Shown here piece by piece: positions 20,631 through 29,306 of a stretch of 64,000 bases of DNA. A model generated the notes under the pieces. It was not told where the DNA came from and made no database searches. It saw nothing but the letters and a program-made list of their open reading frames with translations. This DNA is from Candidatus Eiseniibacteriota bacterium (GTDB taxonomy: Bacteria; Eisenbacteria; RBG-16-71-46). The stretch's first letter is position 1; every line of letters starts with the position of its first letter. A program made the position numbers and the translations under genes. Location: the NCBI GenBank assembly GCA_038231135.1, contig JBBRLX010000005.1:32001-96000 (forward strand), in the 5' to 3' direction.

Positions 20631-21908
20631 ATGACCGAATCGACGTACCAGCGAACCGTACTGCCGTCGGGCCTCACCGTGCTCACCGAGTCGATGCCGG
20701 ACCGGCGCTCGGTGTCGGTGGGCGCCTGGCTGCGCAACGGGGCGCGCGACGAGCCGCGCGAGTGGCTCGGCATCTCGCATTTCATCGAGCACATGATGTT
20801 CAAGGGCACCGAGCGCCGCGACGCGCGTGCGATCGCCGCCAGCCTGGAGTCGCTCGGCGGCCATCTCGACGCGTTCACCGCGCGCGAACAGGTGTGCTAC
20901 TACGCGCGCGCGCTGTCCGAGCACCTGGAATCGGTGGTCGACGTGCTCGCCGACCTGCTCAGCCGGCCGCGGTTCGCCGCCGAGGACGTGACCCGCGAGA
21001 AGTCGGTGGTCAAGGAGGAGATCCTCGCCTGCGAGGACAACCCCGAGGACAAGGCCGGCGAACTGCTGAACGAGCAGATCTGGGGCGACCACTCGCTGGG
21101 CCGGCCGATCCTGGGCACGCTCGAGACGCTCGACCCGATCGGGCGCGACGCGCTGTGCGCGTACTACGCGAGCCGCTACCGCGGCGAGGACGTGATCATC
21201 GCGGGCGCCGGCGGGCTCGACCACGACCGGCTGGTGGAGCTCGTCGCCAGGCACTTCGCGACCCCGGCCGGAGAGTCGCGGCCGTTGTCGGAAACGCCGC
21301 CGCCGTTCACACCCACCGTCCAGCACGTGGTGCGCGACGACCTGCAACAACTCTACGTGGAGCTGGCGACCCGGGCGGTGCCGTACCAGCACCAGGACCG
21401 CGACCCGCTCGTGGTGTTGAACACGCTGCTCGGCGGCGGCATGAGCTCGCGGTTGTTCCAGAGCGTCCGCGAGGATGCCGGGCTCGCCTATTCGGTGTTC
21501 TCGGGGCTCGATTTCCACCGCGACTCGGGGCTGCTGTCGGTGCACATGGGCGTGGCCCCCGAGCGCGGCCGCGAGGCGCTGGCGCTGGTGCGGGCCGAGC
21601 TCGAGAAGCTCGCGGCCGAGGGGCCGGGCGAAGCCGAGGTCGAGGACACTCGCTCGCAGTTGCGGGGCAGCGTGATCATCGGGCTCGAGAGCGTGACGAA
21701 TCACATGTACCACCTCGCGAACGAGGAGCTGTACAGCGACCGCTACACCACCCCCGAGGAGCAGGTCGCGCGCATCGACGCCGTGACGATGGACCAGGTC
21801 CGCGACGTGGCCCGCCGGTATCTCGTCACCGGCAAGTTCGCGGTGTGCGTGCTGGGACCGGCGGGAGGGCGCCCGGTCGACGCGGAGGACTGGAAGCTCG
21901 ACGGATAG
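20631..21908 (+). CDS. M16 family zinc peptidase
   Basis: HFIEHMMFKGT (HxxEH), LGRPILG, LGGGMSSRLFQ.VRE..GLAYSV. Confidence 0.92.
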   Translation: MTESTYQRTVLPSGLTVLTESMPDRRSVSVGAWLRNGARDEPREWLGISHFIEHMMFKGTERRDARAIAASLESLGGHLDAFTAREQVCYYARALSEHLESVVDVLADLLSRPRFAAEDVTREKSVVKEEILACEDNPEDKAGELLNEQIWGDHSLGRPILGTLETLDPIGRDALCAYYASRYRGEDVIIAGAGGLDHDRLVELVARHFATPAGESRPLSETPPPFTPTVQHVVRDDLQQLYVELATRAVPYQHQDRDPLVVLNTLLGGGMSSRLFQSVREDAGLAYSVFSGLDFHRDSGLLSVHMGVAPERGREALALVRAELEKLAAEGPGEAEVEDTRSQLRGSVIIGLESVTNHMYHLANEELYSDRYTTPEEQVARIDAVTMDQVRDVARRYLVTGKFAVCVLGPAGGRPVDAEDWKLDG

Positions 21909-22008
21909 GTTTGCGCGGCCGGCACCAAACGCCGGGCCATTCGCGCTCGAGATCTGGCGCCGTTGGAAAAAACCAGCCCCCGCGAACTCTTTACAAGGGG
22001 GTACTTCC

Positions 22009-22452
22009 ATGTCCAGGCACTCGTCCCCGCATCCCAGCGACCAGGCCACATTGCGCAAACTCGTCGAGTTGTCCGCCCGGGAGCGCGCCCGCGTGGCCCG
22101 GCTGCTCGGCGAGATCGGTGAAGTCGAGGCTCGCGGGTTGTATCGATCGGAGGGCTACCCGTCGATGCTGGCCTATTGCGAGTCCCTGAACATGGACGAG
22201 CCCGAGGCCCACATTTGCGCCGCGCGGGTGGCGCGCGAATATCCGAGCGTGTTCGATGCGATCGCCGACGGACGACTGCACCTCGCCGCCGTGGGATTGC
22301 TCGCGCCATTTCTGACGGCGGAAAACGCGGTCGAGCTGTTCGCGGCGGCAACGCACAAGGGAGAATCGGAGATCGAGGCGTTGCTCACGGAGCGGTTCCC
22401 GGGTGCGACGTTCCCGCCGCAGCCCGTTTGGGATGACGACGCGAACAATTGA
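22009..22452 (+). pseudogene. Truncated paralog of the N-terminal domain of the downstream HNH protein
   Basis: E.EARGLY...GYPSM.AYC, LHLAAV.LLAP.LT.EN..EL.AAA.HK aligns with the N-terminus of 22698..24083; no HNH domain. Confidence 0.6.
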
Positions 22453-22697
22453 GTTCGGGCCCTCGACGAATTGACTTGACGTCCAACAACGTGGGGTGGC
22501 CGGCGCCGTGTCGCTGCCCCTCAAACTTGGCGCTGCCGCGCCCAGGTCGTGCGCGACAGCGTCGATTGTCTTCGGATGGCTCCGATTCTCGTAACCCTTC
22601 TCTCCAAGCGTCCTCACGAGATCCACGAGCGCGAAATCAGGCGCCGTTAGAATTGAGCTGATGAGCCCCCGCTCACCCAATTCTCGTGAGCGACCCC

Positions 22698-24083
22698 ATG
22701 ACCTGGTATGCGCTGTCTCATCTCGCCGACGGTGATATCGCTCGTGAATTGCCGGCCAAATTCGCCCGGGTCTCTCGAAACGATGCCGAGGCGCTCGCGT
22801 GGCTGGCCGAATTCGATGCGCGCCGGTTGTACCTGCCGGCGGCGCATCCCTCGATGCACTCCTATTGCGTGCACGAGATGCACATGGAGCCGGACCCGGC
22901 ATTCAAGCTCATCCGCGTGGCGCGGACGGCCTGGAAGTTCCCGGCCATCTTCCCGGAGCTCGCGGCACAGCACCTGAACCACAGCGCCGTGATCCTGCTG
23001 GCTCCAAGTCTCACGCCGAACAACGTCACCGAGTTGCTGGCGGCGGCCAAACACAAGACCAACGTCGAGATCGAACAGCTGCAGGCGCGGCAGTGCCCGC
23101 GACCCGGAGTGGGCAACCGGGAACTGGGCATTTCGGCGGATACCGATCAACAGGCCGTACGGCCTGTTAAGTTGACATCTGAGCAACAGGCCGCGGGGCA
23201 ACCGTCACTGGAATCGGGTAACGGCGTATTCGAGCAACAGGCCCCGCGGCCTGTTGAGACATCCGCACCGCGCCGCCAGCCCAACTCGCATGAATTGCGG
23301 CACGTGATCGGCGAGAGCAACTTCGACAAGCTGCAGTACGCCAAGTCCCTGGCGAGCCATCGTGCCACTGGGCGGGACGTCGAGGATCTCCTCGGGCAGG
23401 CGCTCGATCTGCTCATCCGAGAGTTCGAACGGCGCAAATTCGGAGCGACCAAGCGGCCGCGTAAGGAGCGTTCGAATTGTTCGAGCGCGAAGCCGCGGTA
23501 CGTTCCAAGACACGTGAAACGCGCCGTGTGGCAGCGGGATCACGGCCAATGCACGTTCACGAGCGAGACTGGCACGCGCTGCCCTTCGCGATCACTCCTG
23601 GAATTCGATCATATTGATCCGGTGGCGCGGGGCGGCGAAGCGACCGTGGCCGGCATGCGGCTACGATGCCGGGCGCACAATCAGTACACGGCGGAATGCG
23701 AGTTCGGCCTCGACTTCATGAAGCGCAAGCGCGAGTTAGCCCGGGAAACGGCGGCGCGAGCGCGTGCGCAGGCCGCCGAGGCAAGAGCCGCAGCCGAGGA
23801 GGAGAAGCGGAGGGCCTCGGCGGCCGCAAAGGAGGCGGCCATGAACCCGGAGCGGGATGTAACGCCCTGGCTCCGCAGGCTCGGGTTCCGCGCCGACGAG
23901 GTGAAGCGTGCGGCGGTGCACTGCGAGACCATCGCTGGCGCCTCGCTGGAGGAACGCGTACGCGTCGGGCTGGCCTTCCTTACGTCGAATCCGGCGAGCC
24001 GACCGCGATCTTCCCCATACCTCAGTACGCGAACCCCGCCTCGCCCATGCGTTTCAACGCCTCCTTCAGCCGGTCGTCGGTGA
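22698..24083 (+). CDS. HNH endonuclease with DUF222-like N-terminus and RuvA-CTD-like tail
   Basis: RYVPRHVKRAVWQRD.GQC..RC..LEFDHIDPVARGG...LRCRAHN; tail DVTPWLRRLGF..DE. Confidence 0.8.
   Translation: MTWYALSHLADGDIARELPAKFARVSRNDAEALAWLAEFDARRLYLPAAHPSMHSYCVHEMHMEPDPAFKLIRVARTAWKFPAIFPELAAQHLNHSAVILLAPSLTPNNVTELLAAAKHKTNVEIEQLQARQCPRPGVGNRELGISADTDQQAVRPVKLTSEQQAAGQPSLESGNGVFEQQAPRPVETSAPRRQPNSHELRHVIGESNFDKLQYAKSLASHRATGRDVEDLLGQALDLLIREFERRKFGATKRPRKERSNCSSAKPRYVPRHVKRAVWQRDHGQCTFTSETGTRCPSRSLLEFDHIDPVARGGEATVAGMRLRCRAHNQYTAECEFGLDFMKRKRELARETAARARAQAAEARAAAEEEKRRASAAAKEAAMNPERDVTPWLRRLGFRADEVKRAAVHCETIAGASLEERVRVGLAFLTSNPASRPRSSPYLSTRTPPRPCVSTPPSAGRR
23148..23256. repeat. Three copies of CAACAGGCC in the HNH linker, two forming hairpins
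   Basis: AACAGGCCGTACGGCCTGTT (23149-23168, perfect palindrome); CAACAGGCCGCGGGG at 23184; CAACAGGCC-CCGC-GGCCTGTTG (23235-23256). Confidence 0.85.
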
Positions 24084-25233
24084 CGCACAGCGCGATCCGC
24101 ACGTAGCCTTCGCCCGAGCGGCCGAAGCCCGAGCCGGGTGCGACCACTACGCCGGTCTTGTCGAGCAGGTCGCGGGTGAAGTCCATCGAGCTGGTGTACG
24201 AGCGCGGGATCGGCATCCACAGGTAGAGCGTGGCCTGCGGGGTGTGGATCGGGTAGCCGAGCGGCTTCACGCCGGCGAGGAACACGTCGCGGCGCGCGCG
24301 GTAGAGATCGGACGCCTCGCGGCAGTAGTCCTGGGGGCCGGTCAGCACGGCGAGCGCGGCGCGCTGGATCGCCATGAACACGCCGAAGTCCATGTTCGAC
24401 TTGATGCGCAGCAGGTTCGCCATCGCGTCGCGGTTGCCGGCGACGAAGCCGATGCGCCAGCCCTGCATGGAGTAGCTCTTCGAGAACGAATGGAACTCGA
24501 GCGTGCGCTCCTTGTCGCGGTCGAACTCGAGGAACGACCGGGTGCGATAGGCTGGATCGAGCAACAGATCGCAGTAGGCGATGTCCGACAGCACGAACAC
24601 GTCGTACTTGCGCGCCCAGGCCAGCAACTCGGTGTAGAACTCGGGGGTCTCGACGCCGCCCGTCGGATTGTTCGGGAAGTTGATGCAGATCACCTTGGCT
24701 CGCCGCGCCTCGTCGGGCGGGATCGCCGACAGGTCGGGGCGGAAGTCGTTCGCGGCCGTAAGCGGCACCTCGATCATGCGGAGCTGGGCGAGTGCGGCGA
24801 CGCCGAGGTAGGCCGGATAGCACGGCGCGCACATGAGCACGGTGTCGCCGGGGTTCGTGTGGGCGAGGAAGAATTTCGCGATGCCTTCCTTCGAGCCCAC
24901 GAGCGGCATGGCCTCGCCGGCGGGATCGATGTCGACGGCGAACCGCGAGCGATACCACTGCGCCACGCCGGCCCGGAATTCGGGCAGGCCGTTGAAGCTG
25001 GGGTACCGATGGTTCTGCACGGCGGAATCGTCGAGCGCCGCCTTCAGCGCCTCCACGGCGAGCTGGGGGGGACGAATGTCAGGGTTCCCCACACCCAGGT
25101 CGATAACGTCGACGCCCTGCCTGATCTTATCGTCGCGATCCTGAAACACCCGAGCCAGGGAGTAGGGGGGTACGTTCAGCAACCGGTCGGAGGGCGTAAG
25201 TGTGGGTTTGACAGTCGACTGGCTCGACGACAT
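24022..25233 (-). CDS. Class I/II PLP aminotransferase (LL-DAP aminotransferase-like)
   Basis: DLGVGNPD, HRYP, GSKEG, NFPNNPTG, DIAY, SFSKSYSMQGWRIG, PGSGFG..GEGYVRIAL. Confidence 0.88.
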   Translation of the reverse strand: MSSSQSTVKPTLTPSDRLLNVPPYSLARVFQDRDDKIRQGVDVIDLGVGNPDIRPPQLAVEALKAALDDSAVQNHRYPSFNGLPEFRAGVAQWYRSRFAVDIDPAGEAMPLVGSKEGIAKFFLAHTNPGDTVLMCAPCYPAYLGVAALAQLRMIEVPLTAANDFRPDLSAIPPDEARRAKVICINFPNNPTGGVETPEFYTELLAWARKYDVFVLSDIAYCDLLLDPAYRTRSFLEFDRDKERTLEFHSFSKSYSMQGWRIGFVAGNRDAMANLLRIKSNMDFGVFMAIQRAALAVLTGPQDYCREASDLYRARRDVFLAGVKPLGYPIHTPQATLYLWMPIPRSYTSSMDFTRDLLDKTGVVVAPGSGFGRSGEGYVRIALCVTDDRLKEALKRMGEAGFAY

Positions 25234-25294
25234 GATGCGGTCTCCGCGGCCGTGGAATAGCGGCATCTCGCTTGCAGTACGTAGGTTCATCAGG

Positions 25295-26215
25295 ATGATG
25301 AACGTGACGCCTCATTCTAAGAGCCGGACCCCGTTCCGGCCAAGGCCCTCGCGCCTGCTCCCCTCCCCTGGCCTTGTGAAGTGGTTGGCGCTCGCCGCGG
25401 TGATCGCGACGACGGGGCTACCCGTTGCCTTGAATTCGAGTCCGGCGTCGGGGGCGGACACCGTGTCGACCGACACCACGGACTATGAAGGGCTGCCGCT
25501 GCTGCCGCACCCGAAGTCCGACGGGGTGAAAGAGCTGCTCGGCGCCCCGGCGCGGCCGATCCGCCCCGGCGAGTCGCTCAAGTTCACGGTCCAGTATGGC
25601 GTGATCCATGCCGGTTACGCGTACCTGGAAGTGCCGGAAATCAAGGACTGGGGTGGCCACACCGTGTATTCGCTGGTGGCGCGGGCGGAGTCCAACTCGT
25701 TCTTCAGCCACATCTACAAGGTGCGGAACCGGATCGAATCGTACTGGGACAAGGACGGGCACTTCAGCCGGCGGTACGCGGAGAACCGCCACGAGGGCAA
25801 GTATCACTCGAAACAGGAGATCACGTTCGACTACGTCGCCCGGGAGGCGAAGTATGACGACGGCGCCATGCTGGCCGTGCCGGCCGAGGTCCAGGACGCG
25901 CTGTCCTCATTCTACTATACCCGCACGCAGCCGTTGCCGATCGGCGGTTCGATCGTGTTCGATTATCATGCGAGCAAGAAGACCCAGCCGCTCGAGGTCC
26001 GCATCCTGGGGCGCGAGCGGGTCAAGGTCCCGGCCGGCACGTTCGATTGCATCGCGATCGAGCCAATGCTCAAGGCGGGCGGCATCTTCAAGAACAAGGG
26101 GCGACTCGTGATCTGGATCACCGACGACGACCGGCGCATGCCGGTGCTGATGAAGAGCAAGGTCCTGATCGGGTCGATCAGCGTGGTGCTGACGGAAATG
26201 AAGCCGGGGGTGTGA
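25295..26215 (+). CDS. DUF3108 family exported protein (start uncertain)
   Basis: GESL.F.V.YG...AG, IYKV, D.LS.FY..R, E...VPAGTF.C, IWITDD.RR.PV. Confidence 0.75.
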   Translation: MMNVTPHSKSRTPFRPRPSRLLPSPGLVKWLALAAVIATTGLPVALNSSPASGADTVSTDTTDYEGLPLLPHPKSDGVKELLGAPARPIRPGESLKFTVQYGVIHAGYAYLEVPEIKDWGGHTVYSLVARAESNSFFSHIYKVRNRIESYWDKDGHFSRRYAENRHEGKYHSKQEITFDYVAREAKYDDGAMLAVPAEVQDALSSFYYTRTQPLPIGGSIVFDYHASKKTQPLEVRILGRERVKVPAGTFDCIAIEPMLKAGGIFKNKGRLVIWITDDDRRMPVLMKSKVLIGSISVVLTEMKPGV

Positions 26216-27195
26216 TGGGCCGCCACCGCGAGGCCGACCTTTCGCGGCTCGCGGTCGGCGCCGTCGCCGACCGCCCCACCAAGGTGAGCGTCGCCGAGTT
26301 CGCGCGGCCGCTCGTGCCCGCGGCCGCGCGCGCCGTCATCGACGCACTGCCGCGGCAGCTCGCCGCCGAATCGCTGCGGGCGGTGATCCAGCGCACCGTC
26401 GCCGCGCGCACCGCCGGCCGGCCGGTGGTGGTGATGTGCGGCGGCCATGTGATCAAGGTCGGCGTCACGCCGTGCCTGATCGAGCTGATCGACCGCGGAC
26501 TCGTCACGCATCTGGCGCTCAATGGCGCCGCGGCGCTGCACGACGTGGAGATCGCGCGCAGCGGCCGCACGTCCGAGGACGTCGAATCGCACCTGCACCA
26601 GGGCACGTTCGGCATGGTCGACGAGACCGGTGACTTCATGAATTCGGTCATGCTCGAGGGCGCGCGCCGCGGCGAAGGTTTGGGCGAGTGCTGGGGACGG
26701 GCCCTCGTGGAATCGCAGGCGCCGCACGCCGGCGTGAGCCTGCTCGCCGCCGCGTGGCGCCACGGCCTGCCGGCCACGGTGCACGTCGCGATCGGCACCG
26801 ACACGATCCATCACCACCCGGCGTGCGACGGCCGCGCGCTCGGCGACACCACGCTGCGCGACTTCCGCATCTTCGCTGCCACGCTCGCCGAAGCGCGCGG
26901 CGCCGTGGTGCTCAACTTCGGCTCGGCGGTGCTGCTGCCCGAGGTGTTCCTGAAGGCGCTGTCGGTGGCGCGCAACCTCGGCGCCGATCTGTCCGGACTC
27001 ACCACCGCGAACTTCGACCAGATCCAGCACTACCGCCCGCGCGTGAACGTGGTGGAACGGCCCACTGCATCGCCCGGCTCGCAGGGCTACTCCATCACCG
27101 GCCACCACGAGATCGTGATTCCGCTGTTCGCGGGCGGCCTGCTGTCGTATGCGGGGGACGCGCCGTTCGCGACCGCCGCGCAGCCGCAGGCATGA
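26215..27195 (+). CDS. Deoxyhypusine synthase-like conserved protein of unknown function
   Basis: GGHVIKVG, HLALNGA..LHD.E, TSEDV...L..G.FG...ET, TVHVAIGTD..H.H, GSAVLLPEVFLKA, GHHE. Confidence 0.65.
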   Translation: MGRHREADLSRLAVGAVADRPTKVSVAEFARPLVPAAARAVIDALPRQLAAESLRAVIQRTVAARTAGRPVVVMCGGHVIKVGVTPCLIELIDRGLVTHLALNGAAALHDVEIARSGRTSEDVESHLHQGTFGMVDETGDFMNSVMLEGARRGEGLGECWGRALVESQAPHAGVSLLAAAWRHGLPATVHVAIGTDTIHHHPACDGRALGDTTLRDFRIFAATLAEARGAVVLNFGSAVLLPEVFLKALSVARNLGADLSGLTTANFDQIQHYRPRVNVVERPTASPGSQGYSITGHHEIVIPLFAGGLLSYAGDAPFATAAQPQA

Positions 27196-27914
27196 ACCGA
27201 CCGCCGCCGCCGGACCCCGCGCGTGCGCTCGTGGTGATTCCGGCGCTGAACGAAGAAGACAGCCTGCCCGCGATCCTGGCCGAGATGCGCGCGGTGGCGC
27301 CGGACTACGCCGTGCTCGTGCTCGACGACGGTTCGCGGGACCGCACGTCGCAGGTGGCGCGCGATCACGGGGTGCGCGTGGTGCGGCATCCGTTCAACCT
27401 CGGCGTGGGCGCCGCGATGCAGACCGGGTTCCGCTGGGCGCTCGCCCACGGTTACGACATCGCGGTCCAGCTCGACGCCGACGGCCAGCACGATCCCCGG
27501 TACCTCGATGCGCTGGTCGAGCCGGTGCGCCGCGGCGCGTGCGACGTGGCGATCGGCTCCCGCTATCTCGAGTCCGGCCATTACCGCACGCCGCGGTTTC
27601 GCCGCATGGGCATGCTGCTGTTCGCCGGGATCGTGCGGCTCGCGTTGCGTCGCCGCATCACCGACACCACGTCCGGCTTCCGCGCCTACGGCCGCGAGGC
27701 GATGGAGGTGTGCCAGTACGAGTTTCCGAAGGACTTCCCGGATGCCCCGCTGCTGATCGCGCTCGCGCGGCGCGGGTTCCGGCTGGAGGAGGTGCCGGTG
27801 CGGATGCGCGAGCGCCAGGCGGGCACGTCGTTCTACACTCTGGGTAAATCGCTCTACTACCCGTACAAGAACCTGCTGGCATCGCTGATGGCCTGGATTC
27901 AGCGCACGCGCTGA
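27192..27914 (+). CDS. GT2 glycosyltransferase (DPM synthase-like)
   Basis: IPALNEE, DDGS.D.T, N.GVG.A, DADGQH, IGSRY, DTTSGFR. Confidence 0.9.
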   Translation: MNRPPPPDPARALVVIPALNEEDSLPAILAEMRAVAPDYAVLVLDDGSRDRTSQVARDHGVRVVRHPFNLGVGAAMQTGFRWALAHGYDIAVQLDADGQHDPRYLDALVEPVRRGACDVAIGSRYLESGHYRTPRFRRMGMLLFAGIVRLALRRRITDTTSGFRAYGREAMEVCQYEFPKDFPDAPLLIALARRGFRLEEVPVRMRERQAGTSFYTLGKSLYYPYKNLLASLMAWIQRTR

Positions 27915-27933
27915 TCGCGCCGAAGGAGGTCGA

Positions 27934-28299
27934 ATGGTGTTCCTATCCCGTACCCAGATCATCGTCGCGTTCGGCGCGGCCGGGCTCGCGGTCTACGTGC
28001 TCGACCTGGTGCGGCGGCGGCGGCTGTCCGAGGAGTATTCGTTCCTGTGGGTGATCGCCACGGTGTCGATCGCCGTGCTCGGGTTCTGCACGCCGCTGCT
28101 CCAGTGGCTGACGAGGCTGATCGGCGCGATGTTCGAGAGCTCGACGGTGTTCGCTCTCGGGCTCGCGTTCGCCACCGCGATGCTGCTGTACCTGTCGGTC
28201 AAGATGTCGCGGCTCAGCCAGGAGAACCAGGTGCTGGCCCGCGAGCTCGCGCTGCTGCGCTCGGAGCTGGAACAGCGCCGCGGCGCGGGAGCCGCATGA
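27934..28299 (+). CDS. DUF2304 family membrane protein
   Basis: LVRRRRLSEEYSFLW, three TM segments, LARELAL coiled-coil tail; follows a GT2 gene. Confidence 0.8.
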   Translation: MVFLSRTQIIVAFGAAGLAVYVLDLVRRRRLSEEYSFLWVIATVSIAVLGFCTPLLQWLTRLIGAMFESSTVFALGLAFATAMLLYLSVKMSRLSQENQVLARELALLRSELEQRRGAGAA

Positions 28300-29297
28300 G
28301 CCGCGGCCTCAAGCTGGCCCTCGGCATCGCCGTGTCGGCAGTGTGCGTGTGGCTGTCGATGAAGGACGTGCGGCCGGGCGAGGTGCTGGGCGCGCTGCGC
28401 ACCGCGCGGCCCGTCGGATTCCTGCTGGTCGTCGTGGCCACGCTGCTGGGGTTCTGGCTGCGCGCGTTCCGCTGGCGGTGGCTGATGCCGCCCGGCCGTA
28501 GGGTGCCGCTCGGCAGCCTGTACCGCTCGACGATGATCGGCTTCATGGCGAACAACCTGCTGCCGTTCCGGCTCGGCGAATTCGTGCGCGCGTGGGCGCT
28601 CGGCCGCCGCGAGGGCATGTCCAAGACCAGCGTGTTCGCCACCGTCGTGGTGGAGCGCGTGATCGACATGATCTCGCTGATCGCGATCTTCGGAGTGGCG
28701 CTCGTGGTGCACCCGCTGTCGACCACGACCGAGGCCGGCCGGCTCGCCCAGCTGGGCGCGCGCGTGCTGATCGTGTCGTGCTGCGTGCTCACCGCGACGC
28801 TCGTGATCCTCGAGCGGCAGCCGCGGCTGATGCACGCGCTCGTCGACCGCGTCACGGTCGCGTTCCCCGAGCGCGCCCGCGCGCGCGCCCGCCGCGCGCT
28901 CACGATGTTCCTCGAGGGGCTCGGCGTGTTCCGCGACCTGCCCCGGCTGCTGTGGGTATTTCTATTGTCGTTCGTCATGTTCGCCGTGGTCGTGCTCGGA
29001 CTGTCCGCCAGCCTGTGGGCGCTGCATCTCGACCTGCCGTGGTACGGCGGCCTCGTGATGCTGGTGATCACCTCGATCGGCATCATGGTGCCCGCGGCGC
29101 CCGGCTACATCGGCACGCTGAACGTGGCGTGCACCTACGGCCTCGCGCTGTTCTCGGTGTCCGCCCACCTCGGCGCCGCGTTCTCGTGGTTCTACTGGAC
29201 CAGCCAGTGGCTGCCGGTCACGCTCGTCGGCCTGTGGTGCCTGCGGCAGGAGGGACTGTCGCTCCGCTCGCTCGGCGAAGCGCAGGCCGCGACCTGA
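28296..29297 (+). CDS. Lysylphosphatidylglycerol synthase TM family (UPF0104) flippase-like protein
   Basis: RAFRW, IGFMANNLLPFRLGE..R, VVERVID, P.APG.IG. Confidence 0.85.
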   Translation: MSRGLKLALGIAVSAVCVWLSMKDVRPGEVLGALRTARPVGFLLVVVATLLGFWLRAFRWRWLMPPGRRVPLGSLYRSTMIGFMANNLLPFRLGEFVRAWALGRREGMSKTSVFATVVVERVIDMISLIAIFGVALVVHPLSTTTEAGRLAQLGARVLIVSCCVLTATLVILERQPRLMHALVDRVTVAFPERARARARRALTMFLEGLGVFRDLPRLLWVFLLSFVMFAVVVLGLSASLWALHLDLPWYGGLVMLVITSIGIMVPAAPGYIGTLNVACTYGLALFSVSAHLGAAFSWFYWTSQWLPVTLVGLWCLRQEGLSLRSLGEAQAAT

Positions 29298-29306
29298 CGC
29301 CCGCCC

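Noticed and set aside
23148..23256. Mini CRISPR array
   Set aside because: Repeats are short, degenerate, irregularly spaced and in-frame within a CDS; no cas genes
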